Of a DNA stretch of 64,000 nt, positions 36,801-47,111 are shown piece after piece. Under the pieces are notes generated by a model. The model was not told where the DNA came from, ran no database searches, and was given only the letters and a program-made list of their open reading frames with translations. The first letter of the stretch is position 1. Each line of letters starts with the position of its first letter. A program made the position numbers and the translations under genes. Source of the DNA: Scenedesmus sp. PABB004 (Eukaryota); the NCBI GenBank assembly GCA_014905635.1, contig JABVCE010000013.1, forward strand, positions 62,001 to 126,000, given 5' to 3'.

Positions 36801-39800
36801 TGTCGCTCGCGGCGAGCGCGGTCGCGCACATGACTGGCTTCGTCCCCCAATTTGACCTGCTGCACGAGAGCCTCACCGTGCGTGCGGCGTGCGGGGGCCG
36901 GCGCCGGCGCCCGCGCCCGCGCCCTGAACCCGCGACGGCCCTCCCCGCCCGCGCCACAGGTGGCCGAGAACCTGACGGTCGCTGCGCGCCTGCGCCTGCC
37001 GCACGGCGCCGGGCGGCGCGGCCTGATCGGCGCGTGCCGCGACTGCGGCGGCGGCGCGCTGCGCGCGCGGCTGCGCGCCCGCGCGCGCGAGGTGTCTGCC
37101 GCCGTGGACGAGGTGGTGGCGCGCATGGCGCTGACCTCGGTGGCGCACCAGGTGTGCCCGCCGGCGAGCCGCCCCGCGCGCCTGGCCGCCCAGCGCCGCC
37201 CAGCGCCGCCCCGCGCCGCCGCCCTGCGCCGCCGCGCGCAGGTCGTGGGCGCGTCGTCGGCGCGGCTCATGTCGGGCGGGCAGGTGAGGGCGCGCCGCCA
37301 CGCCAGCGCGCGGCGCGCGCCGCCGCGCTCGCGGGCAGGCAGGCACGCGCCCTGCCCGCTGGCGGCCCGGCGAGCTGCCCCGCAGCTGCTCGCCGCGCCC
37401 ACGGCGCCGCCCGCGCTCGCTCACGCGGCCGCCGGCCGCCCCTTCCCGCCCCGCACGCCACAGCGTAAGCGCGCCGCGATCGGCGTGGAGCTCGTCGCCG
37501 CGCCGCGCCTGCTGTACCTGGACGAGCCGACCAGCGGGCTCGACGCCGCGGTCGCGGCGGACGTGGTCTCCGCGCTCAAGGGCAGCGCGCAGGGCGGCGT
37601 GACGGTCGTCGCGGTCATGCACCAGCCGCGGTGCGGCGGCGCCCGGCGCGCGCGGCGCGGGGCGTCCCGTGCGTCGCCGCGCCCGCCACGCCTGCCCAGC
37701 AGCACCGGCGCCGCCCACGACGTCCCGCGCCGCGCTGCGCGCCGCGCGCCGCGCGCCGGCGCAGGTGCTCCATCTTCAACGCCTTTGACACCTGCCTGCT
37801 GCTGGGCAGCGAGGGCCACGTCGTGTACGCGGGCCCCCAGGTGGCCGCGCTACCGTACTGCGCCTACCTCGGCTTTGCGCCGCCGCCGGGCGAGAGCGCC
37901 GCCGACTTCCTGCTCGACGTCACCGCCGGTGCGCCGCGGCGGGGTGGCGGGGCGCGGCGCTCGTGCGGGGGGGGGGGGGGGGGGGCGCCGCGGACGTCCC
38001 AGGCATGCGACCTCGCCGGCAGCCGCTCGGGGCGTGGCGCTTGGGGCGCGCGCGGCGCGAGCCGCGCGCACGGCGAGAGCCGCGCCGCGGGGCGCCGCCG
38101 CCGACGCGCCCGCGCGCCCCGCCGCCGCGTCCCTGCTGCTGCCCCAGGCGTCGTGTCGCGGCCGGGGGACCCTGACTTCATTCCCAGCGAGCTCGCGGTG
38201 CTCTGGCTGCGCTGCGGCGACATCTGGGTCGCGCGGCACGCCGCCGCGCCGCCCGAGGCGCAGCGCACGGCGCTCGCGCGCCTGCTCGTGGCGGCGCAGC
38301 GCGGCGACGCGCCGCCGCCCGTCGACTGGCCGTGGCGGCCGCGCGACCTGCAGGCGCTGCGCGCGCGCTTCAAGCTGCTCACCGCGGCCGCGCCTGCGCA
38401 CGGCGGCGCCGGCGCGCTGCCGCCCGCCGCGCTCGCGGGCGAGTCGGGCGGCGGCGGCGGCAGCAACGGCGCGGGGCCCTCCGTGCTCACCTACGCCGGC
38501 TTCCTGCGCTTCTGGGACGAGGCCGGCCTGCGCGCGTGGCTCAGCGAGGTGCGGGCGGGGGCGTCGCGCGCCGCGGCCGCCCGCAGCGTCGCGACCCCGC
38601 CGCGCCCGCCGCCGATCCGCCCTGCCCTGCCCTGCCGGTGCCCTGGCCTGCCCTGCCCTGCCTGTTCGCAGGCGCAGTACCAGGCGTTTGTGTCGGGGCT
38701 GTGCGCCGACTTTGGCATCGCGCCCGGCGGCGTCATCAGCCAGGCCGACTTTATCGCGGTGCTCAAGCGCCACATGCACGCCGCCGCCGCGGTCGCGGCG
38801 GGCCTCGCGCACCCGGGCGCGCACGGCGCGGGCGAGAGCCCCACCGGCGGCGGCGGCGGCAGCGGCAGCGGCGGCGGCGCCGGCGGCGACGTCCCGGAGC
38901 CGGAGCTGCCGCCCCTGGCCGAGCAGCTCACGGGCGGGCGCTCGGCGTTTGAGGTGCAGCTCAGGCAGCGCGCGTCGAGCGCCGACGAGGCGTCGCCGCT
39001 GGAGCCGCTGCCGCTGAGCCCCAGCGCCGCGCCCGCCCCGCCGGGCCTGGCGGCGGCGCCGGCGCCGCCGCCCGGCGCGCGCCGCTGCGGGCCGGGGGCG
39101 CCGCAGCTGCCGGCTGCGGGGACCGCGCCGGAGCTGGGCGGCGACGCGGCGCGGCGGCAGCAGCAGCGGGCCGCCGCGGTGGAGGTGCTGGAGCGGTTCA
39201 GCAAGACCGCGCCGCCGCACCACCTGCGCGCGGCGTCGATGATAATGCAGCACGCGCCGGTGATGCGGCGCTTTGCGACGCGCGCGCAGAGCATGGTGCA
39301 GGCGCACGCCCCGCGGCCGGGCGCCGCGAGCCGCGCCAGCAGCAGCTCGGCGCTCGGCGACGACGAGCGCGCCGGCGCGCCTGCGCTCGAGGGCCGGGCG
39401 AGCCTGCAGGAGGCCAAGACGCTGCGCGACCTGGGGGACCAGATCATGCTGGAGCACCTCCAGCAGCAGCTGCAGCTCGCGGCGCAGCACAGCGCCGGCG
39501 CGCCGGCGGCGCCGCCCGAGGGCGAGGCGCCGCAGCGCGGCGGCGGCGACGACGCCGGGCCCGGCGCCGACCAGGCGCCCTGGCTGCCGCACGGCGAGCA
39601 GCTGTCGGAAGAGCTGCGCGTCGCCACTCGCGAGCTGAGCTACCTTCGCACTGGGACGGCGCCGCCGGGGCTGCCGGGCGGCGCCGCCGCGCGCGGCGCC
39701 GCGCCGCGCTGGGTGGCCGCGCCGGGCGAGCCCGCGGCCGCCGCCGCTGCCGTGGCGGCGACGCGGCGCCGGCTGCCCTCGACCGCGGAGCAGCTGGCTG

Positions 39801-41242
39801 TGATGTTGGGGCGCTGCGGGCGCAAGTGGATCTCCTCGCGCGGCGCGCTGATGACCGACCTGCTGCTCACCGCGCTGCTGGGCCTCGCGCTCGGCACGGC
39901 CCAGGCGCGGTCGCGCGGGCCGCAGCTCGCCCCGCAGGGCTCGCCGCCGCTCTGACGCCGCCGTCCCGCTGCGCTGACGCTGCCGCGGCGCCGCGCACAC
40001 CGGCAGGGCCACATCGACAACGCCGGCGAGTCGGTGCTGTGGGGTCTCATCACGCTGCTGGCGTTTGGCACCATGGCGTTGGCGCGCAGCACGCACAGCC
40101 TCGGCGACGAGCGGCACCTGTTCCTGCAGTCCGAGGCGCACGTGCGGCGGCGGCGGCCCGCCGCCACGGCCCGGGCCGCTGCGACGCGACGCGGCCGCCC
40201 GCCGACGGCCGCCGCCCGCCGCCCGCCGCCGCCCGGCGCAGGGCGGCGTCTCGGCGCTGGCGTGGGTGCTCGGCCACGTGCTGTTTGACCTGCTCGGCCT
40301 GCTGCTGCAGCCCCTCGTCTTCTTCAGCTCGTTGTACGTGCTGACGCTGCCGCTCGTGCCGCCGCGGGCGTACCTTTCGGTCCTGGTGCTCGTCGGCTGG
40401 TACTGCTCCGGCGTGGGCTACCTCGTCTCGCTCGCCACGCCGCCCCGCCAGGCGCTGGTCGCGGGGCTCGCGATCGCGCTGCTGCTCGGCGGCGTCGCCA
40501 ACGGCGTCGCGCCCAAGGTCTGGCAGCTCGCGCCCACCAACCCGCTCGCGTGGCTCGATGCCATCAGCTACACGCGGTGAGGCCGGCCGCCCGGCCCGCC
40601 GCCCACACCGCCGGCACGCGCCCCGCTCCCGCGCCGGGCCCGGCCCGCGCACGCCGCGCGCGGCGCCGCCGCGCCGCTCACGGCCCGGCCGCCGCCGCCG
40701 CGCGCCACGCGCCGCGCGCGCGCAGCTGGGGCCTGCAGGCCCTCTATATCGCGTGGCTCACGCCCCGCCTCTCGCCCGAGCGCGCGCCCGCCACGGCCGC
40801 GTTCCTGGCGCAGCTCGGGTTTTGCGGCCTCGACCCGCGGCTGCTGCAGGCGCTGGAGGACCCGAGCCACGCGGGCGACCGCGCGCGCACGATGGGCCGC
40901 GTCGTGCACGACGCGGCGGCACAGCGCAACGCGACGTCCGCGGCCGCCGACGCGCAGCGCTGGCTGGGCATGGGCGGCAGCGCCGCGCGTGCCGACGTGC
41001 TCGCCGACGCCGCGGCGGCCGCGCACGCGGGCGCCGCCGACGACGACGCGCGCGCCGTGACCGCCGCGGCGGCAGCGCTGACGCAGCTCTGGCGCTTCCA
41101 GAGCCACCCCGAGGCGCTCACGCAGGAGTGCGGGGGCGCTCGCGCGGCCGCGCTCGGCGTGCTGTTTGCGCTCGGCCTGGGCTGCCGCCTCGCGGTGGTG
41201 CTGCTGGTCAAGTGGAAGGTGGCGCGCAAGGCGCAGGAGTAG
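33856..41242 (+). CDS. ABCG half-transporter with signal peptide and Cys-rich N-terminal ectodomain (ABCG24/28-like layout), multi-exon
   Basis: Signal peptide; CPxGxxCP repeats; one TM helix; Walker A GPSGCGKTT; GFVPQFD; signature MSGGQ|RKR; Walker B LLYLDEPTSGLD; HQPR; C-terminal TMD ending KWKVARKAQE*. Confidence 0.9.
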
Positions 41243-41663
41243 GAGGAGTAGGAGCAGTAGGGGGTGCCCTGCAGGGGAGGAAGGGAGGCGTTGATGCTGC
41301 ACCGGTGTGTGCGCGCGCGTGCGATTTGAGCCGACACGCGCGTGAGATAGAGTGTGAGAGACAGAGAGAGCGAGAGATTGTGAGAGAGAGCGCGAGCGAG
41401 GGACAGCTGGGGCGGGCTCAGAGCACTGCTGCAAGTGGCGGTCGCCGACCGAGGGCTCTGGGCTGGGGCTCTGCAAACCCCGGGCGCGAACCCCGGTCCC
41501 CGGAAACTGGCGCACATTCGTCGAACGGATGTCAGGGCGGCGCCGCGTGTTGACACGCGCTGCGTTCCAGCCCGCCGCAGCCCGCCCCGCCTGCCCACTC
41601 CCACACTCCCCTGCTTGCTAGCTGCCCCAAGAATGCCGCCGCCGCTGCGCGCCCCGCCCGCCC

Positions 41664-41756
41664 TCACAGGTCGTACGTGAGCGACCACACACCCCGCCGA
41701 TAGTGCGCGCCCCAATTGTTCTCGCGCAGCGAGAGGTGCAGGTCCTGGAGCACGAC

Positions 41757-41789
<33 letters not shown>

Positions 41790-42642
41790 TCAGCACCGGC
41801 GCTGCGGGCCCAGCACCGGCGCGGGCGGCCCGCGGCGCCGCCGCGGCCGCGGCGCAGCGCACCGCGTTGAGCTGCCCGCTGCGGGCGGCGCCGCTCGCGG
41901 CCTTGGCGGGGCGGGGCCAGTCGAGGTCCAGGCCGACCGTGAGCTGCAGGTCCTGGTGCGCGGTGAAGTCCAGCAGCCGCCGCGACACCGCCACGTGGCC
42001 GCTGCGCACCATCTGCGAGGCGCGGGCGCGGGCGCACGCGGGCGCGCGGGCTCGCGCCGCCGCCCCACCGGCCGCGGGCGGACGTCGGCCGCGGCCGCGC
42101 GCGGCGCCGCCGCCGCACCCTGCTGGAGCGCGGGTCCAGCTCCACGCGGGCCTTGGCCGACAGCTGCGTGTGCTCGCCCTCCAGCAGGCTCAGCTTCTTG
42201 CTCGCCGTCGCGGTCAGGAACGGCTCGTCCGCGTGGCCGCTGCTCACGCCCAGGCCGACGCCAAGCCGCAGCGGCTGCGTCAGCGACTCCTGCGCGGGGG
42301 AGGGCGTGGCCCCGGCGTGGCGGTCGCAGGGAGGGCGGGGGCGGGCAGGCGCCCCGCTCCGCCCGCCGCGGGCGCCGCGGCGGCAGCGGCAGCAGCGGCA
42401 GCAGCGGCGTCCCGCGCCCGCGCCGCCGCCGCGTTGCACCCCGCCAGCACCGCGCGGCGCGCCTTGATCGCGGGGCCCGAGGTGAACAGCTTTTGTGCGG
42501 TCGCGTGGTATTCGAAGCCGCCGGTGGTGGTGTTGAGGCGCCCCCGGAAGCGCATCGCGACGTTGGGGTCGGCCGTGACGCCCTCCTTGAGCAGGAAGCT
42601 CAGGTGCCGCTGCTTGGGATCATAGTGCAGCGAGGTCTCCAT
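41664..42642 (-). CDS. OEP21: Chloroplast outer envelope pore protein OEP21-like, 4 exons
   Basis: METSLHYD...LKE...RGRLNT.TG; LGVGL; LDFTAHQDLQLTVG; LRENNW...WSLTYDL*. Matches the plant OEP21 termini as I recall them (METS..., RENNW...W..RYDL). Confidence 0.88.
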
Positions 42643-42842
42643 CGGATCGGACGGGTCGCCCGGCAGGCGGCGGCGACCGGGCGCGCGGCGACCGTGCGCG
42701 GGCGCGTGCCTGCAGCGGCGGAGGGAGGCGGGGACCGCGTGCGTTGCCAGGAGCACAGAAGCCCGCCGCCGCGCGTCACGCGGCCGCCGCAACTGCAAAA
42801 GCGCGAGTGGGAACCGCCGACCGACCGCTCGTTCGCCGCCTG

Positions 42843-44324
42843 TCACGCGCCCCCGGCCTCCCAGATGGCGCGGAACCGGCGGGACAGCGCGCGCGACACG
42901 GCGCGCTGCAGCGCGGGCGGCCACCACGCGTCGAGCAGCAGCCACTCCTGCGCTGCGTGGCGCCAGTAGGGCGTGATGACGGGCGGCCCGCGGCCGATCG
43001 CGCGCACCATCGCCGCCGCGACCGCCTCGGCGCTGGGCGCGCCCGGCAGGCGCCCCGAGCCGGCGCCCCCGCCGCCGGAGGCTTCAGACGAGCGCGCCAT
43101 GAGCGCCCTGACGCCGGGCGTGTCGACGGCGCCGAGCACGAGCGACTGCGCGGTCACGCCGTCCGCGCCGACGAGCCGCAGCTCCGCGTCCAGCGCTGCC
43201 ATCATGGCGTTGATTTTGGCCTTCTCCGCCCCGTAAGGCACCGCAAAGGCGCCCCAGCGGTGCATGAGACTGCTGACCGCGACGACCGCGCCGCGCCGCG
43301 CCGACAGCATGCCCGGCAGCAACCCCCGCACGAGCGCGTAGCAGGCGCCGCCGTTGAGCGCCGCCACGTAGGCCTCATCCCCGGCTGCGGCCGCGGCGAG
43401 CGGCGGGTCGGGCGGCGGCCGCGGTTCGGGGCCGGCGCGCAGCTGCCGGCGCCGCGCGGGCGCGGGCGGGCGGGCGGGCAAGCGCGTGCAGCGGCAGGGG
43501 CGCAGGGGGCCGGCAGGGGCGCAGGGCGGCCCCCTCACCCGCGTAGTCCCAGTAGCAACGCGGCCCGCTGATGCCGCCGCCGGCGTTTGCGACGAGCACG
43601 GCGACGCGCGTGCCCTCGGCATCGAGGCGCGCGAGCAGCGCATCGCACGCGCCGGGCGCGGTGAGGTCGGCCGCGTGCGTGGTGACCTGCGCGCGCGCAG
43701 GGGGCAGCCGCCAGGCGGGCGGGCGGGGCGGTCAAGCCCGCCGGTCAGCGCGGGCGGCGCGCGCGGCCGCCCGCGGCTGCGCACCTGCACGCCGGGGTGC
43801 GCGGCGCGGATGTCGGCGGCCGCCGCGTCGAGCTTACATTGGGAGCGGGACACCAGCAGCACGTTGAGCCCCGCGCGCGCCAGCTCCGCCGCCACGGCCT
43901 TGCCCACGCCCTCCGAGCCTGCGTGGGATGCGGGGATGACCGGCGGCGCCGCGGCGGCGCCGGCAGCAGCGGCAGCGGCAGCGTCGGCAGCAGCGGCAGA
44001 GGCGGCGGCAGCAGCGGCAGCGGCAGCGGCAGCGTCGGCAGCAGCGGCAGCGGCGGCGGCAGCAGCGGCAGCGGCGGCGGCAGCAGCGGCAGCAGCGTCG
44101 GCAGCAGCGGCAGCGGCGGCGCAGGCCGGGCTAGCGCCCCCGCCTCTCGCAGGCCAGCGCAGCCCACCGCCCGTGACGACCGCGGTCTCGCCCGCCCAGC
44201 GCTTGACGAGCACGGGCCCGAACGACAGCTGCGCGCGCAGCCAGAGCAGGCGCGCTGCCTCGACCGCCACCGCGATCGCCGCGGCGCCGCCGAGCACCGC
44301 GAGGCGGCCCTTCCAGTCCGCCAT
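42843..44324 (-). CDS. Short-chain dehydrogenase/reductase, KCR/17beta-HSD12-like, 4 exons
   Basis: N-terminal membrane anchor; spliced TGGSEGVG Rossmann motif, GLNVLLVSRS, LVANAG, VSS, catalytic YGAEK. Confidence 0.88.
   Translation of the reverse strand: MADWKGRLAVLGGAAAIAVAVEAARLLWLRAQLSFGPVLVKRWAGETAVVTGGGLRWPARGGGASPACAAAAAAADAAAAAAAAAAAAAAAAAAAADAAAAAAAAAAASAAAADAAAAAAAGAAAAPPVIPASHAGSEGVGKAVAAELARAGLNVLLVSRSQCKLDAAAADIRAAHPGVQVRSRGRPRAPPALTGGLDRPARPPGGCPLRARRSPRTRPTSPRPARAMRCSRASMPRARASPCSSQTPAAASAGRVATGTTRVRGPPCAPAGPLRPCRCTRLPARPPAPARRRQLRAGPEPRPPPDPPLAAAAAGDEAYVAALNGGACYALVRGLLPGMLSARRGAVVAVSSLMHRWGAFAVPYGAEKAKINAMMAALDAELRLVGADGVTAQSLVLGAVDTPGVRALMARSSEASGGGGAGSGRLPGAPSAEAVAAAMVRAIGRGPPVITPYWRHAAQEWLLLDAWWPPALQRAVSRALSRRFRAIWEAGGA
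43960..44120. repeat. Compound (GCA/GCG)n triplet repeat inside SDR intron 1 (43919-44167)
   Basis: Read directly from the sequence. Confidence 0.9.
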
Positions 44325-44780
44325 GGCGGAGAGCAGCGGCGGCGAGCGGCGCGCTGGAGCGACGTGGCGTGGCCGCAGGCGCTGCGGAGCGTGTGGGGCC
44401 GGCCGGCGCAGCGGCGGCGTTCCAAGCGGGTTGCCGCGCCGCGGTTCAGGCTGCCCACACCGCGCTGCGCACGGCTGCGCACGGCTCGACTCCAGGGGCC
44501 CGGGAGAGGTGTTACCCCAGCCTGCCGCGCGGCGGGGCTGCACCACGGACGCGCGTCCCTGCCGCACGTCGCCGTGCGCGCGAGCCCCGGTCAAGAGGGA
44601 GAGATCAGTGCCGGGTGCCCCTCTGCTGCCCAACGCTCCGGCCCACCACGCGCCGAGACTACCCACATGCTCACTCGCACGCGCGCGCGCCTGGTCTGGT
44701 CAGCGCGGCGCGCCGCCGGAGGGGCGGCGCGCCGCGGCGCGGCGCGGTCAACGGGCCCCCCGCCCCCGCGCCCACACGGC

Positions 44781-45700
44781 TCACAGGGCGCGCAGCATCC
44801 TGCGGCCGCCGGGGGCAACAATTGTGCCCACGAACGGAATTCCGCTGACGACGGTGCCGCGGGGGCCGTTGAGCACGTCCACGCCGGCGATCGTCTGCGG
44901 CGGCGGGTGGGCACGGGCGCGCGCGCGCGCGGGGCGAGCGGGTGAGCGGGCGAGCGCGGCCTCGGCGGCGGCCCCCCCGCGCCGCGCGCGCGTCGCAGCA
45001 CACAGCACCTGCACGCTCGTCACGGGGCCGGCGGGGGTCTTGACGACGTCGACGTTGGCGCCGGGCGACGTCACGCTCGTCGCGAGCGGCGTCGACGCGA
45101 CGGTCGTGGTCGGTGCGGAGACAAACACCGCCTTCTCAGCGCCGGCGGCCTTGACGCCCGTGGGCTTGGCCGCGACCACGGTCTTGGTGGTGGTGGTCAC
45201 CTTGGTCGCCGGCGCCGTCGCGCCGGTCTGCGGCGGCGGGCGCGGCGGCGGGCGCGGAGTGAGGCGGGCGGAAGCAGCGCGCGCCGAGTGTCCGCGGTGC
45301 CGCCACGCGGCCGGCGCGGTGCGCGGGCCGGGGCGAGCCTGGCAGCCTGGCGCCGGATCGGCGGGCGCGGGCCTCGCGGGCCGCCCCCGCGGCCCCTGGC
45401 GGGCGGTGACGACACTCTTGCGGCAGCTGCCCGCACCGCGCGCCGCACGGCGCGCGTCGAATGCGGCGGCGCCCACACATGCTGCGGGCTGCTGTACTCT
45501 GACCATGCGCGCCCCGGTGGGCCGCGCCGGGCGCTGCAGGCGCCGCAGGGCGGGGCAGCGCCCTGCCCACCGCCCGCCGCCGGCCACGCGCCCGCTGCCG
45601 GCCCGCCGGGCGCGGCGCCGCGTCCAGGGCGCTCGCACACACGCACCTGCACGGCGGCGGCCACCAGGGCCGCCAGCACGAAGAGGGCGAGCTTGGCCAT
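44781..45700 (-). CDS. Small secreted Thr/Val/Ala/Pro-rich protein, 128 aa; exons 45700-45647, 45227-45009, 44894-44781
   Basis: Signal peptide MAKLALFVLAALVAAAVQTGA; two phase-0 GT-AG introns; ends ...GTIVAPGGRRMLRAL*. Confidence 0.82.
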
Positions 45701-46333
45701 CGCGGTGTGTGTCCGGCTTGGGCTGGTGGGGCGGCTGCGTGCAACGGCGATCAGAGAGGGAGAGGCGGCAGGGATCAGAGGTGCTCGTGCGATGCGGGGG
45801 CGGCGGACAAGTGGCGCGGGGAGCTGGAGCGGGAGCGGCAGCAGACAGGGCACGTGAATCAGTGAGAGCAGCTGGCCCGACATGCCGCCATGTCGGGCAG
45901 CACCGCCGAGCCACGCGGAGGACCGTGAGCCCGGCCCGCGCCGCAGCGCGCGCGTCACCCGCGGAGCAGCACGATTGCTGCCGCGCACCTGCGGGCTGGG
46001 CGGTGCACCTGGGCTTGCGGGGCGCTGCCACGGGGTCGGCAGTAGTCAGCGTCTGGAGCTGCTGGATCTGGTGGCGTGTGAGCCGGCGGCCATTTGATGC
46101 GCCGGCGGCGAGTTTGGGCCTGGCGCACCGGAGCCAAAGAGCCCAAGTTGGGTTGCAATCCCCAGCCAAACTCATCAAAACCCCAGCAGACCAATCCACC
46201 GCCACCGCCGGTGCATCGTGGCCCGGCCCAACCTGCTCCGAGCCGCGCTCCGCGCGGCGCGCGGCGCGCCGGCACACAACTGCCGCAACCGCCGCTCATC
46301 AATCGCCATCACGCAGCCCCCTGCCGCCCGACT

Positions 46334-47080
46334 TCACGCGCCGCCGCCGTCACCGCCGCTCCGGCTGGCGGCGAGCTGCAGCGCCGCGGCGGCGGCGGCC
46401 GCCGCGCCCGCCGCCGCGCGCGCGTCTGACGCCCGCGGCGCCGCCGCCAGCGCCGCGCCGCCCTTGGCACGCGCCGCGCCGGCCACGCCGACCACCGCCA
46501 CGACGCCGACGCCGTCGCCTTCGCCGGCGTTGGCGCCGCCGGCGCCGTCCCCGCGGGCTGCCGCCGCCGCGGCCGCGGCCCTGGCGCGGCGCGCCGCGCG
46601 GCGCGTGCGCAGCCACGCGGCCGCCGCGAGCGCGGCGCGCAGCAGCTCGGGTGCGAGCATGACGCAGACGTCGACAAAGTAGCAGGCGACGAGCACCGAC
46701 AGCAGCGCCGCGCTGCCGGGGCGCGCGCGGAGCAGCAGCGCGGCGACCAGGATGACCAGCTCCGCGCCGTACGCGGCGACGTCGGCGGCGAGCAGCAGGC
46801 CCGACGCGAGCGGCCGCGCCGCGAGCAGGTAGGCCAGGAAGGCGGCGTGCAGCGCGAGCAGCGCGCCGAGCTGCGCGTCGCTCGCGGCGGCAAAGTGGAA
46901 GGCGCCGAAGAAGAGCGCCGTGCCGAGGCGCTGCGCCGCGCTGGCGACGTAAAAGGCCAGCACCGCCGGCCGCAGCCGCGCGAGCGCGCCCGGCCGCTCG
47001 TCGCCGACCAGGTCGTCCACCAGGTGGCCAAAGCGATCCAGCCACGCCGCGTCGCCCGCGGCGGCGGCCGCGCCGGCGCC

Positions 47081-47111
<31 letters not shown>

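Noticed and set aside
40136..40241. Additional GC-AG intron in ABCG
   Set aside because: An in-frame GT donor at 40142 gives a sensible junction (SEAH|GGVS), so a GC donor is not needed.
1763..44324. Lipid metabolic gene cluster (KAS II, START protein, ABCG, KCR-like SDR)
   Set aside because: The genes are far apart, interleaved with unrelated housekeeping genes and act in different compartments; no evidence of co-regulation.
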